Origin: Bacteroidota bacterium
Lineage (GTDB): Bacteria; Bacteroidota; Bacteroidia; Bacteroidales; SKPS01
Length of the DNA: 64,000 bases
Reading direction: 5' to 3'
Assembly: GCA_022709695.1 (NCBI GenBank)
Contig: JAKLII010000001.1
Location: forward strand, 24,881-88,880
Position 1 is the first letter of the stretch, and the number at the start of each line of letters is the position of its first letter. Positions 51,546 to 59,666 of the stretch are shown piece after piece. The position numbers and the translations under genes are program-made. The notes beneath the pieces are model-generated. The model was not told the origin of the DNA, searched no databases, and saw only the letters and a program-made list of their open reading frames with translations.

Positions 51546-53078
51546 ATGAGCCACACCCCAAAAAGCTGGCATATCCTTGCCGGCGCTGTAATCCTGACCA
51601 TCCTTTTTCATAAACAGCCTCCCGGGCTGAACCTGTGGATTGCTGAATTTCTGATTTTCGGGTGGATGTTTCTGAACCGGCAGATTCCGGTTCGAAAGCC
51701 CCTTGTACCGTTAACCCTCGCAGGAGTTTTTTTTACATTGCTGGCAACAGTACTGGTGCATTCAGCCTTCTCAGGATGGATGCATGCCTTCAGCCTTCTG
51801 GTATTGGCTGGTTTGTTATCGGCACCTGATCTCAGATCACTGGCCAGTGCACTGGGAACAGGTCTTGTGAACATCGTTATGGCCCAGGTAACATTTCTGA
51901 GAGGAATCAGGCACTTTCGGGTAGGGAAAAAGCCGGTGGGTTCCTACCTGTGGAAAAGCAGGATATTCCTTATCCCTCTCATAATCATTATCATATTTAT
52001 ATCCATTTACAGAAATTCCAGTCCGGTTTTCGACGACCTGATGGAACAATCCCTGGGATGGTTAGGGGAGCGGATAGCCGATCTTTTTGAGCATTTCAAT
52101 TTTGCATTGCTGGGAACCTTTATCCTTTGCCTGGCGATTGCAGTGCTGATGATGGTGCGAAACCCCATACCGTTTATTTCCGGTGCCGACCAGAGTGCTC
52201 CGGATGCAGTGCTTCGCAAACGGGTCCGCAGTTTCAGAAAAACCCTCGGGATGGGCCTGAAAAACGAATACCGGGCGGCCCTTTTCCTGCTGGTGGTGCT
52301 GAACCTGCTGATTCTCATACTGAATATTACCGATATTCACTGGGTATGGTTTAATTTCGAATGGGAAGGGCAGTATCTGAAACAGTTCGTACACGAAGGC
52401 ACCTGGCTGCTGATCTTTTCCATCCTTATTTCCATCACCATCGTCCTGTGGTTTTTTCGGGGGAACCTCAATTTTTATGCTTCCAACAAAACCCTCAGGA
52501 TACTCAGCTACATCTGGCTACTCCAGAATGTGATCCTCACAGTGTCGGTAAGTATCCGTAACTTTTACTATATCAGCTACTTCTCTCTGGCCTATAAGCG
52601 TATTGGAGTCATTATATTTCTGATCCTTACCCTGATAGGTCTTATCACCGTGCTCTATAAAGTGATGCATAAAAGATCGGGGTTCTGGCTGGTAAGAACC
52701 AATGCAGTGGCCTGGTTTGTAGTACTCATAACCTCATCTGCCGTTCCCTGGGACGTATATATTGCCCGCTACAATTTTGCCCATGCCGGGGAATCATTTG
52801 TCCATCTCAATTTTCTCTCAGGACTCTCCGATAAAGCATTGCCCTACCTTGATGTTCCCCTTGAGAAGCTGCAGGCTATCGATAAAGCACAGGAGGGGAA
52901 ATTCCCCTTCGGAAGGGAGCGGCGATACATGGAACCTGTCAGGTACCGTGAGATTATAGACCTGCGCAAAGCAAACTTCATAGACCGTTACGAGAGTGAG
53001 GGATGGCTCTCGTGGAACCTGCCGGAGCATCTGGCGTACAAGGCATTGAAGAGACCTCAGATTGATTTGTTGAGGTGA
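51546..53078 (+). CDS. Polytopic membrane protein (DUF4173/DUF4153-like)
   Basis: 510 aa with about 10 hydrophobic helices and a soluble C-terminal ~110 aa. The family assignment is from memory of the N-terminal pattern and is not verified. Confidence 0.6.
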   Translation: MSHTPKSWHILAGAVILTILFHKQPPGLNLWIAEFLIFGWMFLNRQIPVRKPLVPLTLAGVFFTLLATVLVHSAFSGWMHAFSLLVLAGLLSAPDLRSLASALGTGLVNIVMAQVTFLRGIRHFRVGKKPVGSYLWKSRIFLIPLIIIIIFISIYRNSSPVFDDLMEQSLGWLGERIADLFEHFNFALLGTFILCLAIAVLMMVRNPIPFISGADQSAPDAVLRKRVRSFRKTLGMGLKNEYRAALFLLVVLNLLILILNITDIHWVWFNFEWEGQYLKQFVHEGTWLLIFSILISITIVLWFFRGNLNFYASNKTLRILSYIWLLQNVILTVSVSIRNFYYISYFSLAYKRIGVIIFLILTLIGLITVLYKVMHKRSGFWLVRTNAVAWFVVLITSSAVPWDVYIARYNFAHAGESFVHLNFLSGLSDKALPYLDVPLEKLQAIDKAQEGKFPFGRERRYMEPVRYREIIDLRKANFIDRYESEGWLSWNLPEHLAYKALKRPQIDLLR

Positions 53079-53195
53079 AGTAATTTCAGGGTTTCATTCT
53101 TTCCGGTTTCAGCTATTTTTTATGGGATAGTTGTTGACTTTTCGATTTATCGATACATTTACGGTCCACATAAGCAGTATTAAAATGTATCGCTC

Positions 53196-54263
53196 ATGAA
53201 ACAGATCCTCTTTTCCTTGTTATTCGTTTTTAGTATCTTATCAGCAGCTCATGCACAGGATGAACCCTTTACCAAAGAGACCCTGCGTGAGTATTATCCG
53301 ATTCTTACCGCCATTACGGATGCAGATATGCCGGCTCAGGATTGCCTGTTCGGTTTTTACCAGAAATTCCGGCGGAGTGAGATCACATCTGATCAGGAGG
53401 TGGAACAGATTCTCAGATACCGTGATTCCCTTGCCACGATCCTGACCCCCCATGTGCGGAAATGGATCGCCGAAAATTATGATGAAGAGTATGAAAACTA
53501 TTTCAATATCAGGGGGGAACTGAACCAGATTATGATTGAGCCCATGCTGCATACTGATACGCTCTATGCCTTGTTTTCAATGACCAATGATTATGTGCTG
53601 GAGACCCGAGCCACTGCAGACTACTGGTTGTATATCCGGTATTGCGATGCACGGCAGTATACCGGATTTGCCCAACAGCATGGTTTGAACCTGGATTTTC
53701 TGCATAGTTATTACGAAATTATCGATATCTATCTGGAAATGAAGCAATCATTTCCAAAGAGTACCTGGCTGCCAAAGATGCGCAAAGATTTTGAAAGTGC
53801 CCTGGTTTTCGGGCTGGACCTGCATGTACTGGCACTCAGCGAACAATCGTATGTGCTGAGTACAAAATCCGGAAAGGATACCGATGTGGGTAAAGTCATG
53901 CTTGAAGAGCTGTATGGTTATGCGGGTGCTTATACCCGGTATGCACCATTGATTTCCAGACTTCTGGAAGATATCTCAATTATGGAGCAGGATGGAGGGC
54001 AGGAGGTTAAAAGCCTGTTTATCATTTCAATAGGTAAGTCCCCTGTAAAAGGTGAGGCTGAAAAAGCCCGGATCAAATACCTTGAGGAGCAGAAAGTTAT
54101 TCCACATATCATCGCAATTACAGCAAGTAAAACCACCATGTACCATAATGTGTACAGGTTTTACAGCAATGAGGCTGTCGCAACGGAAACCCTCAAGAAC
54201 GTTAAAAAAGCGATACCAGCTGCAGTGATGGTAAAAACCGGACCGAACTTCAGGTTTGAATAA
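53196..54263 (+). CDS. Secreted hypothetical protein; C-terminal ~80 aa possibly SPOR-like
   Basis: 355 aa with signal peptide ...SILSAAHA|QDE and no family recognised. The C-terminus (SLFIISIGKSPVKGEAEKARIKYLEE...MYHNVYRFYSNEAVATETLKNVKK) has a beta-alpha-beta-beta-like pattern. Confidence 0.55.
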   Translation: MKQILFSLLFVFSILSAAHAQDEPFTKETLREYYPILTAITDADMPAQDCLFGFYQKFRRSEITSDQEVEQILRYRDSLATILTPHVRKWIAENYDEEYENYFNIRGELNQIMIEPMLHTDTLYALFSMTNDYVLETRATADYWLYIRYCDARQYTGFAQQHGLNLDFLHSYYEIIDIYLEMKQSFPKSTWLPKMRKDFESALVFGLDLHVLALSEQSYVLSTKSGKDTDVGKVMLEELYGYAGAYTRYAPLISRLLEDISIMEQDGGQEVKSLFIISIGKSPVKGEAEKARIKYLEEQKVIPHIIAITASKTTMYHNVYRFYSNEAVATETLKNVKKAIPAAVMVKTGPNFRFE

Positions 54264-54330
54264 ACCTCAGGGCTATATAATCCTCCTCTTTCTGATGTAA
54301 TCTGTTGATAATCCATCAAATCATCGTTGC

Positions 54331-56850
54331 ATGAAATCAATAAAGCTATTTTCCCCATGGATATGCCTGATGTGTGTTGTAATCTTTTCAGGCTGTTCCC
54401 GTGAAAAAGAAAAATATTTCACCTCCCTTGATACAAACGCCTGGTTCCTGTATCACGGGAGCAATCCGGTAAATGCCGGAAAGGCCGGAGAGCGGAATTG
54501 TTACAGGTTTCTGTATGATGCAGAGGGCAGGGTTAAGGAAATTACCTATCTTAAAGCCGGCCTTGCAGCCATCAATCCGGAAACGGATTTCCACAGGGCA
54601 GTGTATACGTATACCGAAGGTTTCATCGATGTAGCTTTCTATGATCATCTGGGTAACCTTACCAAATCGGAAGATGGAGCAGCCAAACTGCGATACCGCC
54701 TCGACGCGGACGGGCATTTAAAAGCGCTCTATTATTATGGTGTCCAGGGAAGAATGACCCGCAATAAAACGGGGGTGTTTCAGTATGCATTCACCACCGA
54801 CAAAAAGGGGAACGTGGTTGCTGCGGTTTCTAAGGACCCTGATGGAAACAGAATGCCTGGTGAATCAGGGGTTTGGGAAACCCGTTCAACCTATTCACGG
54901 GAAGGGTATCTGACGAAGGTGCAGTTTATCGGCCCTGACGGCGAACCCATGACCAATCGTACCTCCGGTGTTGCTGAGATCAGGTATACCTATGATTCAA
55001 AGGGTATCAGAACCGAAGAGCGGTATTTCGACCTGAATGGGAAAAAAGCTGTTGAAAGCGGAACCGGGATACATGCCTTACGCTACGATCTGGATGGTGA
55101 CGGACAGCCTGTTCGGGAAACGGTGATGGATACTGAAGGCAAGCCTTTTAACAGACTGGATGAAAAGTGGGCTATTCATGAATTTGTGCGCAACAAAAGG
55201 GGGAATGTCGTTGAAGAAAAATTTCTGGGTTCTGATGGGAGTATAATTGAGTTACCGGAGTCAGGGATTAGCAGTTTGAAACTAAAGTATGATAGGCATA
55301 ATCAGATAGTTGAATTATCCTATCTGGATTCACTGGGAAAACTTAAAGGATTCAGGGGGAAAGGTTATGCAAAAATTGAAAATCAGTATGATGCACAGGG
55401 CTTGCTGATCAGGCAGAGGTATTTCGGTGACGATGGCAAGCTGAGGGAGAGGATCGACAACAGGATTGCCTCTGCGGAATTCACCTACGATGAAAAGGGT
55501 AACAAAACCACTGCACGGTACTATAACCTGGATGGTAAGCCGAAAGAGTCAGCTGACAAAAGAGTGACCGGGGAGGATTGCCGGTATGACGTATGGGGCA
55601 ACCTTGTCAGCCGCACCTGGACAGGAACCAACGGAGGGGCAAAAGTGGCAAAAGACTATGGCTATGCAACTGTCAGAATCGACTACGATTCAAGTGGCCA
55701 TATCGCTCAGGAGCAATATTTCGATGAATCCGGAAACCCGGTTAACCTGCCGGGCAAGGGCATTTCGAAGGTGAAGAAAAAATACAACCGGCTCCAGCAA
55801 GTGACAGAGATTTCATACTATGATCCATTGGGTAATCCGGCAATGCATCTCGAAAAAGGGTATGCTGCCATCAGATACACCTATTCTGTTCATAATAAAG
55901 TAGATATGGAATGGTATCTGGATGCCGCGGGTCAGCCGGTGACCTCGAATGACGGGGTTGCAGCAATTAAATACGGATACAATGTTTACGGTGATTTAGC
56001 CGAAAAGAGCTTTTACGATGTCTCCCGCCAGCCTGTGGAGCCATCCAGCAACGGAGGGATCCATAAGTACAGATTCTCCTATGATGCGTATGGCCATCAG
56101 ACCGAAATAGCTTATTTCAACCGGAATGATCAGCGGATTCAGCCTGCTTCACGTGATGGAATGGCACGCATCAACTATTCCTATGATTTATATGGACGCA
56201 TTATTGGCGAGGCCTACTTCGATACTGCGGGCAATGCCTGCCTATCGTCAAAAACCGGAATAGCAGGATTGTTCAACGAATATGACCATGATGGTAACCT
56301 AATAAAGATTAGTAGCTTTGGATTGGATGGCAGACCTCAGAATGACATTATTGCCGGTATAGCAACCCAGATCAGAAAGTATAAGAACGGACGAAAAATT
56401 GAGGCGAGATTCTTTGATAAGGATGGTAAACCGGCTCCGAAGCTCAATGACCGGTCTGCGGCCAGGATCGTATGGAGCTATAGTGCAAAAGGGGATGTAT
56501 TTAAAGAGACCCTGTATGATGCTGAAGGAAAGATGTGGGCTGATCCGGAGGATGGGGCTGCCGGGTATGAAGAAATCACTGACCGGTATGGCAATGTATT
56601 GGAAATGAGGTGGTATGGCCCTGATGGAAAACTGTTGCAGGTCAATAGCAGCGATTATGCAATTCTGCGACAGACCTATGACCTTTGGAATAATCTGATT
56701 ACGGAGGAATACCTGGATGCGGATGGTAAACTCATGCCTTACAGTTCAAAAGTACAATACGACTACAATGAGTACAACGAAAAGATCAGGACAACAGTCT
56801 TCGATGCAAATGGCAGGGTGGTATCCCGTACCGAAGGTGCCTCGTCGTAG
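54331..56850 (+). CDS. Lipoprotein made of ~24 copies of a 33-residue YD-like repeat
   Basis: Lipobox VIFSGC. The repeat consensus is roughly a-x-h-x-Y-x-Y-D-x-x-G-N-h-x-E-x-x-Y-F-D-x-x-G-K-P-x5-G. Examples are AEIRYTYDSKGIRTEERYFDLNGKK and ARINYSYDLYGRIIGEAYFDTAGN. Confidence 0.8.
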   Translation: MKSIKLFSPWICLMCVVIFSGCSREKEKYFTSLDTNAWFLYHGSNPVNAGKAGERNCYRFLYDAEGRVKEITYLKAGLAAINPETDFHRAVYTYTEGFIDVAFYDHLGNLTKSEDGAAKLRYRLDADGHLKALYYYGVQGRMTRNKTGVFQYAFTTDKKGNVVAAVSKDPDGNRMPGESGVWETRSTYSREGYLTKVQFIGPDGEPMTNRTSGVAEIRYTYDSKGIRTEERYFDLNGKKAVESGTGIHALRYDLDGDGQPVRETVMDTEGKPFNRLDEKWAIHEFVRNKRGNVVEEKFLGSDGSIIELPESGISSLKLKYDRHNQIVELSYLDSLGKLKGFRGKGYAKIENQYDAQGLLIRQRYFGDDGKLRERIDNRIASAEFTYDEKGNKTTARYYNLDGKPKESADKRVTGEDCRYDVWGNLVSRTWTGTNGGAKVAKDYGYATVRIDYDSSGHIAQEQYFDESGNPVNLPGKGISKVKKKYNRLQQVTEISYYDPLGNPAMHLEKGYAAIRYTYSVHNKVDMEWYLDAAGQPVTSNDGVAAIKYGYNVYGDLAEKSFYDVSRQPVEPSSNGGIHKYRFSYDAYGHQTEIAYFNRNDQRIQPASRDGMARINYSYDLYGRIIGEAYFDTAGNACLSSKTGIAGLFNEYDHDGNLIKISSFGLDGRPQNDIIAGIATQIRKYKNGRKIEARFFDKDGKPAPKLNDRSAARIVWSYSAKGDVFKETLYDAEGKMWADPEDGAAGYEEITDRYGNVLEMRWYGPDGKLLQVNSSDYAILRQTYDLWNNLITEEYLDADGKLMPYSSKVQYDYNEYNEKIRTTVFDANGRVVSRTEGASS

Positions 56851-56924
56851 TTGTATCCCCGCTTAACCCTTTGAAATACTGCCATCGAAAACTCATTCAA
56901 TGAATGTTTACAGAAATGCACGAT

Positions 56925-58238
56925 ATGAAGACACGATTTTTGTCACTGCTGTTTTGGATTTCGTTAATCTTATGGGCAGGTTGCGGAAGAAATAATCCTA
57001 TCGCCTTCAGGCATATGGAGACCAATGGATATGGGGATTTTACCGGGCGTTATCCAGTGGAATCGGCCGACACCGGGAAAGTGGCGTGTTACACGGTAAC
57101 CTATGACGAAGAAGGGAGAATTTCAGGCTGGAGATACCTGAAAGGTGGGATGTTGGCTATTGATCCCATTTTCAATGTGGCCTCTGCATCCTGTGAAAGA
57201 GACAAGGAAAGGGTAAAAACCAGCTATTTCGATCTCTATGGAACCCTGTGCGCAAATTTCGAAGGGGTATTTATGACCGAAAGGGTGCTGAGTCCGGAAG
57301 GTTTTCCGGTAAGTGAAACCAATCTTGACCGGGATGGAAAAGCCATGGCCGACAGCAGAGGGGTCACTACATACCGCTATACCACAGATCCGGAAGGGCG
57401 CATTATCACCTCCCGGTTTTATGGCTCTGATGGTGCACCTGTGGCCAATACATACGGAGTGGAAGAACACAGGTACAGTTACACCAAAGAGGGGTGGTAC
57501 AGTGATGTGCAGTATTTTTCGAAAGAGGGAAAACCGGTGCTGCACAACGAACAGAAATATGCCCGCATTCATTGGGAATATGATAAAAAGGGGAATAAAA
57601 CGGTTGAATCCTACTATGATGAAATGGATTCCCTGAGCGAGAAAACAGCAACGGGAGTTGCCCGGATTCAACTGGACTATGACCAGAATGGGTATCGTTA
57701 TGCGCTCAGGTGCCAGGGGAAAGATGGCCTGCCCAAAAGGAACACCAGCTGGCAAACTGCATCTATCATCCAGGAATATGATTCGGCCGGCAATATCCTG
57801 CTTGCCAGGTACCTTGGGACAGACGACCTGCCTGAGGTGATCAGGGAACCTTCATGGATGGAGGTTGCGTTTGTGTATGATGCATTTGGGAATCAGGTTG
57901 AACGCAGGCATCTGGATGCCAGTGGAAATCTGGTGATGGTCAGCGATTTTGGGTATGCCATGTTGCGGCAACGCTTCGATGACCACCGCAACATTGTTGA
58001 AAAACAGTATTTTGGTGCTGACGGAGTTCTGATCGATTTCCTGGGTTACGGTTATGCGATTCACCGAATGCAATACGACAGCAAGGGGCGACTGACAGAA
58101 GAGAGCCTTTTTGGTACCGATGGCAAACCTGTCAACCAGGTGCCTTCCGGGGCTTCGGTTTACAGGTACACCTACGATGAGGAGGGCAGAAGGACAGGTA
58201 CAACCCGGTTGGATGCAAACGGAGCGGTGGTGGAATAG
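56925..58238 (+). CDS. Paralogous lipoprotein with ~12 copies of the same 33-residue YD-like repeat
   Basis: Start trimmed to MKTRFLSLLFWISLILWAGC (lipobox). Example repeats are VTTYRYTTDPEGRIITSRFYGSDGAP and SVYRYTYDEEGRRTGTTRLDANGA. Confidence 0.8.
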   Translation: MKTRFLSLLFWISLILWAGCGRNNPIAFRHMETNGYGDFTGRYPVESADTGKVACYTVTYDEEGRISGWRYLKGGMLAIDPIFNVASASCERDKERVKTSYFDLYGTLCANFEGVFMTERVLSPEGFPVSETNLDRDGKAMADSRGVTTYRYTTDPEGRIITSRFYGSDGAPVANTYGVEEHRYSYTKEGWYSDVQYFSKEGKPVLHNEQKYARIHWEYDKKGNKTVESYYDEMDSLSEKTATGVARIQLDYDQNGYRYALRCQGKDGLPKRNTSWQTASIIQEYDSAGNILLARYLGTDDLPEVIREPSWMEVAFVYDAFGNQVERRHLDASGNLVMVSDFGYAMLRQRFDDHRNIVEKQYFGADGVLIDFLGYGYAIHRMQYDSKGRLTEESLFGTDGKPVNQVPSGASVYRYTYDEEGRRTGTTRLDANGAVVE

Positions 58239-58252
58239 ATTACCTTTGCCCC

Positions 58253-59392
58253 ATGCTCGCCAACAAATCAGATGTAAAGGGATCGTGGATCGGGTATTTC
58301 AGCAACCTGGTGAAGACCTACGGGGGGATCAATATGGCACAGGGGATTCCGGGGTTTCAGCCGCCGGAGGAGCTGCTCGATATCCTGGCGGAGATCAGAA
58401 ACGAACCCATTCATCAGTATGCCCCAGGCACGGGGAACCTGGAGCTGCTGCGGTGCCTGCGGATGCGCTACCAGGGGCGATACAACCCCGATGAAGCCGG
58501 TTTCTTCATCCTCAACGGCGCTACCGAGGCGATTTCGCTGGTGTACACGATGCTGTACCACCACTTGGGGAGTAACCTCCGGCCCATGGCCCTGTCGCCG
58601 GCCTACGAATCGTACCTCTACCTGCCCGCCATCTTTCATCATCAGGTGCACCTTGTCACCATGCCGGAACAGCCTGCAATGCTGCCAGCCCTGCTCGAAC
58701 AGGAAATCCGGGAACACTGCATCAATCTGCTGTTTCTCTCTTCCCCGGGAAATCCGTGGGGTAGAGTGATTCCGAAAGAGACCCTTGCAGAAATCATCCG
58801 GATTTGTGAAGCCAACCGCTGCAACCTGATCCTGGATGCAGTGTACAGTGAACTTTATTTCGGTGAAAAGAAACCCGATTATCCGCTTGACGGGATCAGT
58901 GAGTACGTGTTCTATGTGAATTCCTTTTCCAAACTGCTCTCGGTAACCGGCTGGCGACTGGGTTACCTGCTGGCGCACCATTCCCATTTCGATGCATTGA
59001 AAGGGATCCACGACTACATCGGGTTAAGCTCTCCGGCTCCGCTGCAGGCCGCCATTGCCGCGTTTATGCAAAACCCGGATCATGTGAATGGATATGCTGC
59101 CTCGATACGGGGGATTATTCGTCAGAACTTCCTGAAATTCAGTCCGATGCTTCAGCAGGCAGGGTTTTACCTTCCACCGCATGATGGCGGGTATTTTATC
59201 TGGTGCCGGTGCCCCGATCATATCCCTTCTGGAACCGATTTCGCAGTAGATCTTTACAACAAGACCCAAACGGCTATCATCCCGGGAATCCATTTCGGGA
59301 GGGATTGGGAGCGGTATATCCGGATCAATATCGCGCAGCCGGCTGAACTTTTAACTGAAGGGTTTGTACATATCATTGATGCTGTTAGATAG
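58253..59392 (+). CDS. Class I/II PLP-dependent aminotransferase (YbdL/kynurenine-aminotransferase-like)
   Basis: 379 aa with INMAQGIPGFQPP, HQYAPGTGN, SPGNPWG and the PLP-lysine block NSFSKLLSVTGWRLGY. Confidence 0.85.
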   Translation: MLANKSDVKGSWIGYFSNLVKTYGGINMAQGIPGFQPPEELLDILAEIRNEPIHQYAPGTGNLELLRCLRMRYQGRYNPDEAGFFILNGATEAISLVYTMLYHHLGSNLRPMALSPAYESYLYLPAIFHHQVHLVTMPEQPAMLPALLEQEIREHCINLLFLSSPGNPWGRVIPKETLAEIIRICEANRCNLILDAVYSELYFGEKKPDYPLDGISEYVFYVNSFSKLLSVTGWRLGYLLAHHSHFDALKGIHDYIGLSSPAPLQAAIAAFMQNPDHVNGYAASIRGIIRQNFLKFSPMLQQAGFYLPPHDGGYFIWCRCPDHIPSGTDFAVDLYNKTQTAIIPGIHFGRDWERYIRINIAQPAELLTEGFVHIIDAVR

Positions 59393-59432
59393 AACACAGA
59401 TGAAACTGATGGGACTGGTTTCCGATGATTAT

Positions 59433-59633
59433 TTCTCGCAGAAAACGCGGAAACTACGCAGATATCCGCAGAAGTTATTTATTTTTTCAGCGTCTTTCCG
59501 CGAAATTTCAGCGAATTTCAGCGAGAGAAAAAATTTCACGCAGAAACCTCGCGGAAATCCGCAGAAACATTTTTTCAGCGCCACTTGTGCTGAGCTTGTC
59601 GAAGCATCAGTGAAATTTCCTGCGAGAAACTTC
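59433..59633 (+). repeat. Modular intergenic repeat, locus R1 (A-C-A-B-C', partly degenerate)
   Basis: Contains TTCTCGCAGAAAACGCGGAAACTACGCAGATATCCGCAGAAG. It also has ...GCGAAATTTCAGCGAATTTCAGCGAGAGAAAAAAT and CTCGCGGAAATCCGCAGAAAC. CCACTTGTGCTGAGCTTGTCGAAGCA lies at 59581-59606. Confidence 0.9.
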
Positions 59634-59666
59634 TATGGATAAAAATATCTGAAGTATAATAAATCC

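Noticed and set aside
59364-59642. Track ORFs 59364-59642, 59425-59613 and 62913-63245 as small proteins
   Set aside because: They are translations of the intergenic repeat modules (…RRNLAEIRRNIFSAPLVLSLSKHQ…), and 62913-63245 overlaps the real MBL gene in another frame. There is no independent coding signal.
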